Assembly (NCBI GenBank): GCA_043747615.1 | Contig: JAYTOU010000031.1 | Location: forward strand, 64,001-128,000 | Direction: 5' to 3' | DNA: 64,000 bases | From: Myxococcales bacterium | GTDB lineage: Bacteria; Myxococcota_A; Polyangia; Polyangiales; Polyangiaceae | Shown: positions 29,475-39,641 of the stretch, one piece after another | Numbering within the stretch: the first letter of the stretch is position 1 | How the letters are laid out: each line of letters opens with the position of its first letter | Notes under the pieces: model-generated | What the model saw: only the letters and a program-made list of their open reading frames with translations | Told to the model about the DNA's origin: nothing | Databases searched by the model: none | Position numbers and translations under genes: made by a program

Positions 29475-30088
29475 GGCGCCGCACCGGTTCGCTCGTTACC
29501 GTGCTGGCGCTCTCGTTGTTCGTGTCAGGCTGCGCCCTGACCTCAAAGAGTGACTCCGTCATTCTCCGGTACTTCGCGCTGGATGGTTCGCGAGCGCAGC
29601 CGCACCCGGCCCCCGCAGGCCAGACCAAGACCTCCGATCTCCAGCTTCGCCTCGGACGCGTGAACGCCGCGAGCTATCTCAAGGAGCGCATTGCGTACCG
29701 CGACGCCAACGTCGAGGTGGGCTACTACGACGATCTACGCTGGACGGAGAAACCCGAGTCCTACCTGCGTCGTGCGCTTGCGCGTGCGTTCTTCGAGGAC
29801 CACGGGCTCAAGCAGATCGTCTCCGGTTTCGGCCCCACCGTGGAGGTCGAGCTGAGCGCCTTCGACGAGCTGCGCGGTCCGAAGCCCGGGGTCCGCGTGG
29901 AGATGACCTGGCTCCTTCGGGACGAGCAGGTGGTCTCCGTTCAACAGTCTTTCGTCATCGAGCGCCCGCTCGCGACGACGAAGGGAGAGGCCGCTCCGGC
30001 AGACGTCGCTACGGCGCTCTCCGCCGCGCTCGACGAAGGTGTGCAACGCATCGTCGCCCAGGTGACCACGGCGTTGACCGCGAAATGA
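29471..30088 (+). CDS. PqiC-like ABC auxiliary lipoprotein
   Basis: VSGC lipobox; YL...IAY...YY..RWTEKP; follows the MCE gene. Confidence 0.82.
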   Translation: MRRRTGSLVTVLALSLFVSGCALTSKSDSVILRYFALDGSRAQPHPAPAGQTKTSDLQLRLGRVNAASYLKERIAYRDANVEVGYYDDLRWTEKPESYLRRALARAFFEDHGLKQIVSGFGPTVEVELSAFDELRGPKPGVRVEMTWLLRDEQVVSVQQSFVIERPLATTKGEAAPADVATALSAALDEGVQRIVAQVTTALTAK

Positions 30089-31641
30089 GCCGCAGAATGA
30101 AGGCGCTCCCTGCTGCGCTAGCGTGTGCGTTCGTGCTGGCCCCCAAAGGCGCGCGCGCTCAGGGCAACTACCACTCGACGCCGAACGGTGGTCGCTCGGC
30201 GCTCATGGGAAACACCGGTGAAGCGCTTGGCCGAGACGGAGCTTCGCCCTTCATGAACCCGGCGACCATTGTGCGGATCCACGACACGTCGTTCGCTTTC
30301 TCGATGAATTTTTATTCGTTCACGTCCACACACCTGAGCGCGTATCACCAGTCAGGCCCCGTTGACGCCGGGAGATTTCCGGGTGTTGCACCGCAGGACA
30401 CCTCGGTGACGGACAACCAGATCACCGTGATCCCGACGACGCTTTGCCTCTTCGTCAACGTCTCCGGCTTGAGCGGAGACGATCCCGAGGAAGGAGTCGC
30501 CGACACCTCGACCCGCGTCGGGCGACAGAAGCTCGCCCTTTGCCTGGGGAACGTAGAGCGTCGAGAGACGCTTCTGCCCGCCTTGAATTACCGAACGACG
30601 ACTCCGGGCGGAGCCTCGCAGCAAGCCGGGTCGCTCACGGGTAAATGGTTTCGCTGGCGCTTCGGTCCGTCCTACGCAGGGTACATCACGAAGGAGCTCA
30701 CCATTGGCCTGTCGCTCCACGGTGTGTACAGCCACTACGGCTACCACACCGACAACACCACGGTGACCAGCGGTGGTCCAGGGGGCGGAATCCTCTCGAG
30801 CGTGGGATCGAACGGGGCGGGCACTGCGATCGACCTCGATCCTATTCTCGGCGTCACCTACAAGCTGAAGGATCGCTACACGTTCGGGGCAAGCGTGCAG
30901 ACGCCTTCGGCCCACGTGGTCGGCTCCTTCGACGGCAACCTCCACGAGGTGTACGGAGGCACGGCCCTCGACAACTCCGTGCTCACCACGGGCACCGGAG
31001 ATTTCTTTGCGCCCACGCCGGCGCGTCTCTCCGCAGGCATCGGCGTGAAGGTGGCGAGCAGCTTGAAAGTCGAGGTGGACGGCTCGTACTACTTTCCGAT
31101 GAGCTCGGCGATGCGCTCATCGCTTCAAGGGAACACCGTCACCCTCAACGGCGTGAATGCAACGTCGACGCCGTTCGACGCGACGTACGCGGTCCGGTCG
31201 CGGCCCACGGTCAACCTCGGGGTCGGAGCAGAATATTTCTTCTCTCCGAGGTTCAGCGTACTCGGCGGAGCCGGGGTCGATTTCAGCGCCACGCCCGCCC
31301 TCGACACCACGAATTTCCTCGGTGCATTCTACAAGGAACGAACCAATCGCGTCGTCGGCTCGCTGGGCGTAGGGTCGTTTCGCAACGGCGAGGACTTTCT
31401 GGTGGGAACCCAGGTCACGTACGGTTGGGGCGATGCGCTCGCCTTGAACCCGTACGTGCTGCCGAATGCGTATTCGACCGTTCACCTCCAGCAAATTGGG
31501 GCAACGGTCATCTTCGCTGGCTCCACGAACTTCGCCGCGATCAAGCGCGCCTTGAAGAACGTCGAAAAGCTCGTGAAGCCTGCTGCTACCCCTGCTGCTA
31601 CGCCTCCCGCTGCTACGCCTAATCCCGCTCCGCCAAACTAA
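30085..31641 (+). CDS. FadL-like outer-membrane beta-barrel
   Basis: Signal peptide then GGRSALMG..G.A...D.ASPFMNPA (FadL hatch NPA motif), many amphipathic strands, PAAT-repeat tail. Confidence 0.72.
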   Translation: MSRRMKALPAALACAFVLAPKGARAQGNYHSTPNGGRSALMGNTGEALGRDGASPFMNPATIVRIHDTSFAFSMNFYSFTSTHLSAYHQSGPVDAGRFPGVAPQDTSVTDNQITVIPTTLCLFVNVSGLSGDDPEEGVADTSTRVGRQKLALCLGNVERRETLLPALNYRTTTPGGASQQAGSLTGKWFRWRFGPSYAGYITKELTIGLSLHGVYSHYGYHTDNTTVTSGGPGGGILSSVGSNGAGTAIDLDPILGVTYKLKDRYTFGASVQTPSAHVVGSFDGNLHEVYGGTALDNSVLTTGTGDFFAPTPARLSAGIGVKVASSLKVEVDGSYYFPMSSAMRSSLQGNTVTLNGVNATSTPFDATYAVRSRPTVNLGVGAEYFFSPRFSVLGGAGVDFSATPALDTTNFLGAFYKERTNRVVGSLGVGSFRNGEDFLVGTQVTYGWGDALALNPYVLPNAYSTVHLQQIGATVIFAGSTNFAAIKRALKNVEKLVKPAATPAATPPAATPNPAPPN

Positions 31642-31660
31642 GCGAAGCGGTGAGCGCCGC

Positions 31661-32596
31661 TCAGTGGAAGCACGCCGCGGCGTCGGCGCACGATGAGCCA
31701 GCGTCGACGACCGGCGGAACGACCGCAGCATCCGGCGTGGAGCCCGCGTCGGGCGGAGCGACCGTGCCGCCATCGGACTGCAACCCGGCGTCGTCGGCCG
31801 GCGTACCTGCGTCGGAGGCTGCGCCTGCGTCTTCGGATGTTCCTCCGCCCGACGCGCAGACAGGAAGCGAAACGGCGTTGGTGTCCATGGTGACCGCGCC
31901 TGTGCGCGCCAGGGTTCGCCCGGAGACCTTGGCGCCGGTGGTGAGCGTGATGCTCGCGAGAGCGAGGATGCTTCCCGTGAACACGGTGCCCGTTCCAAGG
32001 GTGGCCGAGCTCCCGACCTGCCAAAAGACGCCGCAATCGTTTCCGCCGTTGATCACGCGAACCGACGCGTTGCTCGCGCTGGTCAGGGTGCTTCCGGTTT
32101 TGAAAACGAAGACTGCATCGGCGCGGCCGCCGGCGTCGAGCACGAGGTCGCCCGTCAGCTGGGCGGAGGACGCGAAGCAGTAGACGCCGGGGGTGAGGGT
32201 GAGTCCGCCGAGATCGCGTCCGCTGAGATCGACGGTGCACGTCTCGGAGCCGAGGGCATCGTAGGCGGTGACCGCGTCTCTCTGAGCGGCCAAGGCGGCG
32301 GCATCACCGGCGTGGATCGATCCGATCACGAGCCCCGGCGGGAATCCAGTGATCGCGAGGCCGGGGCTGACCCCGAGGTTTCCTTTGACGATCGTCGACC
32401 CGGTATTGGTCACCGTCGAGCCGCCGAGAACCGCGAAGCCGCCCACCGCACCGAGCACCGGAGCCGACGCCCCCAGTGCCGCGGGCAATGAACGGCCGCC
32501 CTCCGAGGTCACGGGCGCGCTGCACGCGGACGCTCCGATGACCAGGGACGTGAAGAGAGGAAGAGACAGAGCGGCGAGGATGCTGCGGGAGTTCAT
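31661..32596 (-). CDS. DUF3494 ice-binding-like lipoprotein (paralog 2)
   Basis: ASAC lipobox; FAVLGGSTVTNTG, GNLGVSPG, LTPGVY, VFWQVGSSATLG, GRTLA. Confidence 0.92.
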   Translation of the reverse strand: MNSRSILAALSLPLFTSLVIGASACSAPVTSEGGRSLPAALGASAPVLGAVGGFAVLGGSTVTNTGSTIVKGNLGVSPGLAITGFPPGLVIGSIHAGDAAALAAQRDAVTAYDALGSETCTVDLSGRDLGGLTLTPGVYCFASSAQLTGDLVLDAGGRADAVFVFKTGSTLTSASNASVRVINGGNDCGVFWQVGSSATLGTGTVFTGSILALASITLTTGAKVSGRTLARTGAVTMDTNAVSLPVCASGGGTSEDAGAASDAGTPADDAGLQSDGGTVAPPDAGSTPDAAVVPPVVDAGSSCADAAACFH

Positions 32597-32909
32597 AGGG
32601 GATCCTTTGGGGGCGGTTCGCGTGGTGTCATTGGCCCTACTGCACAAACGAGCCCGCGGTGAAATGCCGGGATAATGGCCGTTTCGCGCGTTGTCGCCGA
32701 CGCACGACCGCCTCATCACGCGAAACGTGCGCACACGAGCGCCACACGCCTCCACGTGGATTCCGCGATCGCGAGGTCAGCGCGACCTCACAAAGCGAGG
32801 CGCTTGCGCGTCAACGTGGCGCTTTGCACCGCTTCGATTTTCGTCGACGAATCATTCCGCCCTTTCTTGAGGTAGAGATCGCGGCTCGGTTGGTGCAAGT
32901 CATCCGTTC

Positions 32910-33863
32910 ATGACATCCACTAGATTCTCCTCGTTCACACTCGCCCGTTGCCTCATCGCCGTTCCCTTAGCTGCGCTTCTCGCAGTCGCGTGTGACGACA
33001 CGACGGCGACCTCGGGCAACGACGGCGGCGCGCCTGGTTCGGAAGGCGGCGTAGGAACGGACAGCGGCGTCGGCTCCGACGGAGGCGCGGGCTCCGACGG
33101 CAGCGCACGCACGGATGCGAGCTCCGACAGCGGGCGCGATGGCAGTGGCGACGGCGGCGACGCCGGGCCGTACACTGGACCGAGCGTGGGCACCGCAAAA
33201 ACCTTCGCCGCGCTCGCCTACAGCGGCATCACCTCGGCCAACATCTCGACCATCGGCGGCGAGCTCGGGGTGAGCGCCGGGGCCGTTTCCACGATCACGG
33301 GCTTCGATTTGGCGGCCTACACCAAGTACGGTAACGACTCGCTCGCGCCGTACACCATGCGCACGCTCCTCGCGCAGCAAGATGTCACCGCTCTCGTCGG
33401 AAACATCAATCCGCGCGCATGCGACAACGACCTGACGAACGTCGTCGGCGGCCTCACTGGCGACATCACGCTCTACCCGGGCGTCACGTGCATGAACAGC
33501 TTCAGCGCCGACGTCCTCGTGAACGGGCATGTCTACCTCGACGCGCGCGGTAACTCGAACGCGTTCTTCATCATCAGGGGCAACCTCACGCTCACGGTTG
33601 CCGACGGCGCCCAGGTGGTCCTCACGAACGGCGCCGAAGCGTGCGGCGTGTTCTGGCGGATCAGCAAGCAGGTCACGATCGGCAAGACCGTCCAGTTCTA
33701 CGGCACGGTCATCTCGGGCACGGCGATCACCATGAACACCGGTTCCACGCTCGTTGGCCGCGCTCTCGCTCAGACTGCCGGCGCACACTTCGACGCCAAC
33801 TCGATCAACATCCCTACCGACGGCCTCGTCGGATCACCGAGCGTCTGCACTCACGTCCAGTGA
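32910..33863 (+). CDS. DUF3494 ice-binding-like lipoprotein (paralog 3)
   Basis: AVAC lipobox; GELGVS, LYPGV, LDARGN, VFWRI, GRALA. Confidence 0.85.
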   Translation: MTSTRFSSFTLARCLIAVPLAALLAVACDDTTATSGNDGGAPGSEGGVGTDSGVGSDGGAGSDGSARTDASSDSGRDGSGDGGDAGPYTGPSVGTAKTFAALAYSGITSANISTIGGELGVSAGAVSTITGFDLAAYTKYGNDSLAPYTMRTLLAQQDVTALVGNINPRACDNDLTNVVGGLTGDITLYPGVTCMNSFSADVLVNGHVYLDARGNSNAFFIIRGNLTLTVADGAQVVLTNGAEACGVFWRISKQVTIGKTVQFYGTVISGTAITMNTGSTLVGRALAQTAGAHFDANSINIPTDGLVGSPSVCTHVQ

Positions 33864-33900
33864 GGTGAACGCTGCGGCCGGGAGTGCTACGCTCGGTCGC

Positions 33901-34092
33901 ATGACAAACCAAGGGGACGGTAACGACGCAGACAAGAGCGGCGCGGCGGCAGATGACGATCCCGATGGAGTCGGTCTCACCATCCCCGTGCCGAGCATGG
34001 TGAAACCGTGGAACCCGCCGAAGCCGAAGGTACCACCCAAGACCGCTCCCCCGGACGACGCGAAAACATCGGACGACTCCCCGGACACCTGA
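33901..34092 (+). CDS. Small Asp/Pro-rich hypothetical protein
   Basis: 63-aa ATG-started ORF filling the gap, with coding-like codons; disordered composition. Confidence 0.4.
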   Translation: MTNQGDGNDADKSGAAADDDPDGVGLTIPVPSMVKPWNPPKPKVPPKTAPPDDAKTSDDSPDT

Positions 34093-34178
34093 GCGCAGAC
34101 TCGGCCGCGTCGCTCCGACTCCCTGCAAGCGGACGCTCGTCTGCTATGCGAGACGTGTAACGCGGCAAATTACGCCCG

Positions 34179-34216
34179 TTGACCGATTGTGTCTCTTATA
34201 GTAGACATATATCTAC
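34179..34216 (+). promoter_or_regulatory. Sigma70-type promoter with overlapping palindromic operator for the sulfate operon
   Basis: TTGACC (34179)-N17-TAGACA (34202); near-perfect palindrome GTAGACATATATCTAC at 34201-34216 in an AT-rich patch. Confidence 0.6.
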
Positions 34217-34220
34217 CGTT

Positions 34221-35831
34221 GTGAATCGAGCTCTTCCGAGTGCAGTTGCGTTGTCTTTGCTGAGCGCCGGAGCCTCGACCGCGGTCGAAGCGAGAGCGGA
34301 CGAAGCGGCTAGTGCACGGGAAGGAGTGCCGGTGACCGCGGCGGCCGAGGACGCAGAGCCGTCGCTCGCTGGATGGCGCGATGGCCTCTTCTATCTGCGC
34401 GACCGCGAAGATTACTTCCGCCTGTACGTGCAGGGTCGCGTGCACGTGGACTCGCTCTCGTACTTCGGCCCCGGGCTTCGCAATCTTCCGGCCGACCAGG
34501 CGCTGAAGAGCACGTTCTTCCTCCGCCGCGCACGCCTCGAGCTTTCCGGCGAGCTCATGCAAAATAGATTTCAGTGGGCGCTCGCTGGCGAGTTCGGGCC
34601 CACCAGCACGGACAACGTTGGCGGACGCAGCTCGGCCCAGGACTGCTCGGTGGATCCGACCACGGGAGGGCAGACCTGCTCGGCGCGCGCCGGCACGATC
34701 GAAGCTCCGCTCCAGAAGACAATCATCACCGACGCGTTCATCAACTACGCGCCGAGCCGCTGGCTAAACATCCAGGCGGGGCAATATCTCATCCCGATCA
34801 GCCTTGAAAATAGGGTCAGCGACAACAGCACCCCGTTTCTGGAGCGCTCCGTGCCCGTCCGTCTGCTCGCCGCTCCGAACACGAGAGACATCGGCGTGAT
34901 GCTGTGGGGCGAGGCGCCAAAGACCACGTTCTACTATAGCGTCGGCGTCTTCAACGGCGATGGACCGAACCGCCTCAACGCCGACTCACGATACGACGGC
35001 ATCGGGCGCGTCTTCGCCCGCCCGTTCGCCGGCAGGCCGCGATCTCTCCTTCGCGACGCGCAGATTGGCGTTTCTGGCCGCTACGGATCGCGCGACAGGG
35101 CGTACGTCGGCTACGACTTGCCCTCTCTCTCCACGCAGGGAGGCTACGTGTTCTGGAGGCCAACCTACAAAGACTCGACCGACCGTATTACCCACATCTT
35201 GCCGAGTGGGGATCAGGGCGCCGTAGCCGCAGAGCTCTTTCTTCCGACCTCGAATTTCGAGTTGACCGCGGAGATCGTCTACACGCGCAGCAACACGCGG
35301 GAAGCCATCGACGGTTACCAGCTCTCCGGCTTCACCGAGCGCTTCGGCGTATTCAAGGGCTACGGCTACTACGTCGCGGGGAGCTTTTGGCTGGTGGGCA
35401 ATCGTTCGATCACGGGATTTCCCCCGTACAGCAAGCCGAATCACATCGATCTCAAGAAGCCGTCGAGCCCGCCCCGACAAGGCCTGCAGCTCCTCGCCAA
35501 GGTCGAGCAGTTGAGCCTCACGTACCAGAGCGCGTCACGTGGTGGCACCGCCGACAAGCGCTCTCCGGATGGCGACGTCTCCATGACGACCTTCACGATC
35601 GGCGCGACGTACTGGGCCTCGAAGCATTTCCGTCTCTCCGTGAACTACGTCTACGACTTGTTTCCGGGGAGCACGCCAGTTTCGGCGAGCGTGAAGGGAG
35701 GCGCCGAGCAGACGGCTGATCAGCGCGCGCTCGCTCCCGCGCAGAACCTCGCCAAGGGCTCCAACGACGGCGCGCGCGACGGGGGTCACCATCTCCACGA
35801 GCTTCAGTTTCGGCTAGGGGTGCAGTTTTGA
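34221..35831 (+). CDS. OprO/OprP-family anion-selective porin
   Basis: [27 protein letters not shown]-terminal LGVQF; first gene of the sulfate operon. Confidence 0.82.
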   Translation: MNRALPSAVALSLLSAGASTAVEARADEAASAREGVPVTAAAEDAEPSLAGWRDGLFYLRDREDYFRLYVQGRVHVDSLSYFGPGLRNLPADQALKSTFFLRRARLELSGELMQNRFQWALAGEFGPTSTDNVGGRSSAQDCSVDPTTGGQTCSARAGTIEAPLQKTIITDAFINYAPSRWLNIQAGQYLIPISLENRVSDNSTPFLERSVPVRLLAAPNTRDIGVMLWGEAPKTTFYYSVGVFNGDGPNRLNADSRYDGIGRVFARPFAGRPRSLLRDAQIGVSGRYGSRDRAYVGYDLPSLSTQGGYVFWRPTYKDSTDRITHILPSGDQGAVAAELFLPTSNFELTAEIVYTRSNTREAIDGYQLSGFTERFGVFKGYGYYVAGSFWLVGNRSITGFPPYSKPNHIDLKKPSSPPRQGLQLLAKVEQLSLTYQSASRGGTADKRSPDGDVSMTTFTIGATYWASKHFRLSVNYVYDLFPGSTPVSASVKGGAEQTADQRALAPAQNLAKGSNDGARDGGHHLHELQFRLGVQF

Positions 35832-35839
35832 AGCGTCGA

Positions 35840-36904
35840 ATGAAATGCCTTTTTTTGTGGGTCGCAGCGCTTGTCTTGGCGACTGTCGCCTGCGAGAAAA
35901 AAGAAGCAACGCCGGGCGCCGAAGTGACTCTCCTCAACGTCTCTTACGATCCGACGCGTGAGCTCTACGCCGACTTCAACATTGCGTTCGCCAAATCTTG
36001 GAAGGCCACGAGCGGACAAAACGTGAAGGTCTCTCAATCGCACGGCGGCTCGAGCAAGCAGGCGCGGGCGGTGATCGATGGGTTGGACGCGGACGTCGTC
36101 AGCCTCGGTCTCGCGTACGACATCGATTCGATCGCCGACAAGAGCAAGCTGCTCTCGCCCGACTGGCAGAAGCGCCTCCCGAACAACAGCTCGCCGTACG
36201 TTTCGACGATCGTCTTTCTCGTCCGCAAGGGGAACCCGAAGGGGATCAAAAACTGGGATGACCTCGTGAAACCGGGCGTCACGGTGATCACCCCCAACCC
36301 AAAGACCTCGGGCAGCGCACGATGGAACTACCTCGGCGCCTGGGGATTCGCCTTGAATCGCGAGCTCGGCGATCTTTCGAAGATGCGTGACCCGGCGCAG
36401 GCGGAGGCGGTACGCGCGGCAGAAGCGAAAGCTCAGGCCTTCGTGACGGCGCTCTACAAGAACGTTCCGGTCCTCGACTCCGGCGCGCGAGGGTCCACCA
36501 CCACCTTCGTCAATCGCGGAACGGGCGACGTGCTCATCAACTGGGAGAACGAGATCCTGCTCGCAGCCAAAGAGCTCGGCGCCGACAAGTTCGAGGTGGT
36601 CGTTCCCCCGATCACGATCCTCGCGGAGCCCACCGTAAGCGTCGTCGACAAGAACGCAGAAAAACACGGGACCACCAAGGTTGCCGCGGCCTATCTCGAA
36701 TACCTCTATTCCGAAGAGGGGCAGGAGATTGCCGTCAAACACTACTTCCGTCCGCAGCTCGCGTCCGTCATGGCGAAGCATGCCAGCGAGTTTCCGAAGA
36801 CGGAGCTTTTCACCGTCGATCAGATCGTGGGGGACTGGAGAAAGACGCAGAAGGTACACTTCGACGATGGCGGGTTGTTCGACCAGATGTACAAGCCGAG
36901 GTGA
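35840..36904 (+). CDS. sbp: Sulfate ABC transporter substrate-binding protein
   Basis: [45 protein letters not shown]. Confidence 0.95.
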   Translation: MKCLFLWVAALVLATVACEKKEATPGAEVTLLNVSYDPTRELYADFNIAFAKSWKATSGQNVKVSQSHGGSSKQARAVIDGLDADVVSLGLAYDIDSIADKSKLLSPDWQKRLPNNSSPYVSTIVFLVRKGNPKGIKNWDDLVKPGVTVITPNPKTSGSARWNYLGAWGFALNRELGDLSKMRDPAQAEAVRAAEAKAQAFVTALYKNVPVLDSGARGSTTTFVNRGTGDVLINWENEILLAAKELGADKFEVVVPPITILAEPTVSVVDKNAEKHGTTKVAAAYLEYLYSEEGQEIAVKHYFRPQLASVMAKHASEFPKTELFTVDQIVGDWRKTQKVHFDDGGLFDQMYKPR

Positions 36905-36910
36905 GCGCGG

Positions 36911-37762
36911 GTGAAGCGTTCCCAGCGTCTGAGCGGATTGAGGCTGAGAACCCGCGGCGTTCTTCCCGGCTTCGGACTGACCCTGGGCTACAGCCTCGTC
37001 TACCTCGGCTTGCTCGTGCTCGTGCCTTTGGCGGCGCTGCTCTTGAAGGCGAGCACGATCAACGGCTCGGTACTCTGGCAGACCATCACCGATGACCGAG
37101 CCATCGCGGCCTACAAACTAAGCTTCGGTGCATCGGCGGCCGGCGCGCTCTTGAACGCAGGATTCGGGCTCCTCGTGGCCTGGGTCCTCGTGCGCTATCC
37201 GTTCCCCGGAAAAAAGATCGTCGACGCTCTCATCGATCTCCCATTCGCCCTCCCCACGGCGGTCACGGGGATCGCGATGACCACCGCGTATGCCGAGAAC
37301 GGCTTGGTGGGGTCCTCCCTCGCGCGCGCGCACATCAAGGTCGTGTTCACGCCGATTGGCGTCGTCCTGGTGCTCATGTTCGTCGGGCTACCGTTCGTCG
37401 TGCGGACGATTCAACCGGTTCTCGAAGAGCTCGATCCCGATCTCGAAGAGGCAGCCGCCGTCCTCGGTGCGACGCGATGGCAGACCTTCCGCCGGGTCAT
37501 ACTCCCCGCGCTACTGCCCGCAGTTCTCACTGGATTCGCGCTGTCGTTTGCGCGCGCGCTCGGCGAGTACGGCTCGGTGGTCTTCATCTCGGGCAACATG
37601 CCGATGCGGACGGAGATCGTGCCCCTGCTCATCATGACCAAGCTCGATCAATACGACTACGCGGGCGCAACGGCGCTCGCCTCGGTGATGCTCGTGACTT
37701 CCTTCGCGCTTCTCCTCATGATCAATGCGCTTCAGCGCTGGTCACGGCGAGCACTCGCATGA
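36911..37762 (+). CDS. cysT: Sulfate ABC permease CysT
   Basis: LPGFGLTLG, DLPFALPTAV.GI, PFVVRT.QPVL, GEYGSV.FI.GNMP. Confidence 0.95.
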   Translation: MKRSQRLSGLRLRTRGVLPGFGLTLGYSLVYLGLLVLVPLAALLLKASTINGSVLWQTITDDRAIAAYKLSFGASAAGALLNAGFGLLVAWVLVRYPFPGKKIVDALIDLPFALPTAVTGIAMTTAYAENGLVGSSLARAHIKVVFTPIGVVLVLMFVGLPFVVRTIQPVLEELDPDLEEAAAVLGATRWQTFRRVILPALLPAVLTGFALSFARALGEYGSVVFISGNMPMRTEIVPLLIMTKLDQYDYAGATALASVMLVTSFALLLMINALQRWSRRALA

Positions 37763-38637
37763 GCGGAGCCCTTCCGCGTGTTCGCTCCCACGCCAGTCGC
37801 CGCCACCGAGGTGCAGCGTCGGAGACCCCGCTCGTGCAATGGGGACTTACGGTGATTGCCCTTCTGTTCCTGGGGCTCTTTCTCCTCGTGCCCCTTGCGA
37901 TCGTGTTCTCGTCCGCGTTCGACAAAGGGCCGGCTTCCTACATCAAAGCCATCCTCGAGGACGATGCGCTCGCGGCGACGCGCCTTAGTCTCCTCACCGC
38001 CGGGATCTCGGTTCCCCTCAATACCGCGTTCGGGATCGCGGCCGCGTGGCTCATCGCGAAGTACGAGTTCCGGGGAAAGAGCGTACTCCTCACGCTCATC
38101 GATCTGCCCTTCAGTGTTTCCCCGGTGATCTCTGGACTGATCTTCGTGCTCCTCTTCGGCGCGCAGGGGTGGCTTGGCCCGTGGCTCACTGCGCACGACA
38201 TCAAAATCATCTTCGCGGTGCCGGGCATCGTCCTCGCGACGACGTTCGTCACCTTCCCGCTCGTCGCGCGTGAAACGCTCGCCGTGATGCAGGCGCAGGG
38301 GAGCGACGAAGAAGAAGCGGCGCTCACGCTTGGTGCGAGCGGGTGGCAAATCCTGATGCGGATCACGCTCCCCAAGGTGCGCTGGGGCCTCGCCTACGGA
38401 GTGATTCTCTGCAACGCCCGCGCGATGGGGGAATTCGGCGCGGTCTCCGTCGTCTCCGGACACATCCGCGGTCAGACCAACACCATGCCGCTCCACGTCG
38501 AGATTCTATACAACGAGTACGCTTTCGTAGACGCCTTCGCCGTGGCCTCGCTTCTCACGCTGCTTGCGCTCACGACCATCGCCGTGAAGACGGCGCTCGA
38601 GTGGTTCGCGGATGGCCGCGGAGTCGAGTCGTCATGA
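37759..38637 (+). CDS. cysW: Sulfate ABC permease CysW
   Basis: DLPFSVSPVISGL, LCNARAMGEFGAVSVVSGHIRG.TNTMPLHVE. Confidence 0.95.
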   Translation: MSGALPRVRSHASRRHRGAASETPLVQWGLTVIALLFLGLFLLVPLAIVFSSAFDKGPASYIKAILEDDALAATRLSLLTAGISVPLNTAFGIAAAWLIAKYEFRGKSVLLTLIDLPFSVSPVISGLIFVLLFGAQGWLGPWLTAHDIKIIFAVPGIVLATTFVTFPLVARETLAVMQAQGSDEEEAALTLGASGWQILMRITLPKVRWGLAYGVILCNARAMGEFGAVSVVSGHIRGQTNTMPLHVEILYNEYAFVDAFAVASLLTLLALTTIAVKTALEWFADGRGVESS

Positions 38638-39641
38638 GCGTCGTCGTGCGGGGTCTCACGAAACGCTTTGGGCTCGCGGGTGAAGCCGCGGCTGCAGCGG
38701 GCGTGACCTTCGAGGCGCCGTCGAGTGGAATCACCTCCCTGCTCGGCCCGTCGGGGTCGGGAAAATCGACCGTCTTGCGCATCATCGCGGGGCTCGAAGA
38801 GCCCGACGAGGGAAGCGTCATCATCGATGGCGTCGACGCGACGAACGTTCCCGTGCGAGAGCGAGGCGTCGGCTTCGTCTTTCAGAGCTACGCGCTCTTC
38901 GGTCAAATGAGCGTCTGGGACAACATTGCTTTCGGTCTCACCATCCGGAAGGTCGCAAAAGCGAAGGTCGCCGAGCGCACGAGAGAGCTCCTCGCGCTGA
39001 TCCAGCTCGAAGGCTTCGGAAACCGATTTCCGCGTCAGCTTTCGGGGGGGCAACGCCAGAGGGTCGCCCTCGCCCGCGCGCTCGCCACGCGCCCCAAGGT
39101 GCTTCTCCTCGACGAGCCCTTCGGCGCGCTCGACACCCAGGTGCGGCGCGAGCTTCGCGAGTGGCTGATGCAGTTCCACGAAAAAACGGGCGTAACGACG
39201 ATCCTCGTGACGCACGATCAAGAGGAGGCGCTCGAGGTCTCGGGGCACGTCGTGCTCCTCGGCGCCGGCAAAGTGATCCAGGCGGGGCCGCCCCACGAGC
39301 TCTATGATCAGCCCGCGACCCCCTTCGTCGCGTCGTTTCTCGGTGGCACCAACGTCCTTCGCGGAAAGGTCGACGGAGCGAATGTGAGCACCTTCATCCG
39401 TCCCCAGGACGTTCGAATCGAGAAGGCTCCGGAGCTCACGACCGATGTTGCCGTCGCTCGCATCGAACGTTTCGTGCGCGTTGGCGGGAACGTGAAGCTG
39501 TCGCTGAGGCTAGCGACGGGCGAGCCGATGACCGTGCAGATGACGAAGACCGAGGTCGAAGAGCTCGATCTCGTGCAGGGCGATCGCGTGTTCGTAGATC
39601 TCAAAGAAGCCAAGGTGTTCGTGGAGGACTACGCGATATGA
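38634..39641 (+). CDS. cysA: Sulfate ABC ATPase CysA with TOBE domain
   Basis: GPSGSGKS, FVFQSYALF, LSGGQRQR, DEPFGALD; ends FVEDYAI. Confidence 0.93.
   Translation: MSVVVRGLTKRFGLAGEAAAAAGVTFEAPSSGITSLLGPSGSGKSTVLRIIAGLEEPDEGSVIIDGVDATNVPVRERGVGFVFQSYALFGQMSVWDNIAFGLTIRKVAKAKVAERTRELLALIQLEGFGNRFPRQLSGGQRQRVALARALATRPKVLLLDEPFGALDTQVRRELREWLMQFHEKTGVTTILVTHDQEEALEVSGHVVLLGAGKVIQAGPPHELYDQPATPFVASFLGGTNVLRGKVDGANVSTFIRPQDVRIEKAPELTTDVAVARIERFVRVGGNVKLSLRLATGEPMTVQMTKTEVEELDLVQGDRVFVDLKEAKVFVEDYAI

Noticed and set aside
31579..31661. PAAT-coding micro-repeat and short hairpin between convergent genes
   Set aside because: Low-complexity protein tail; the 6-bp stem without a U-tract is too weak to call a terminator
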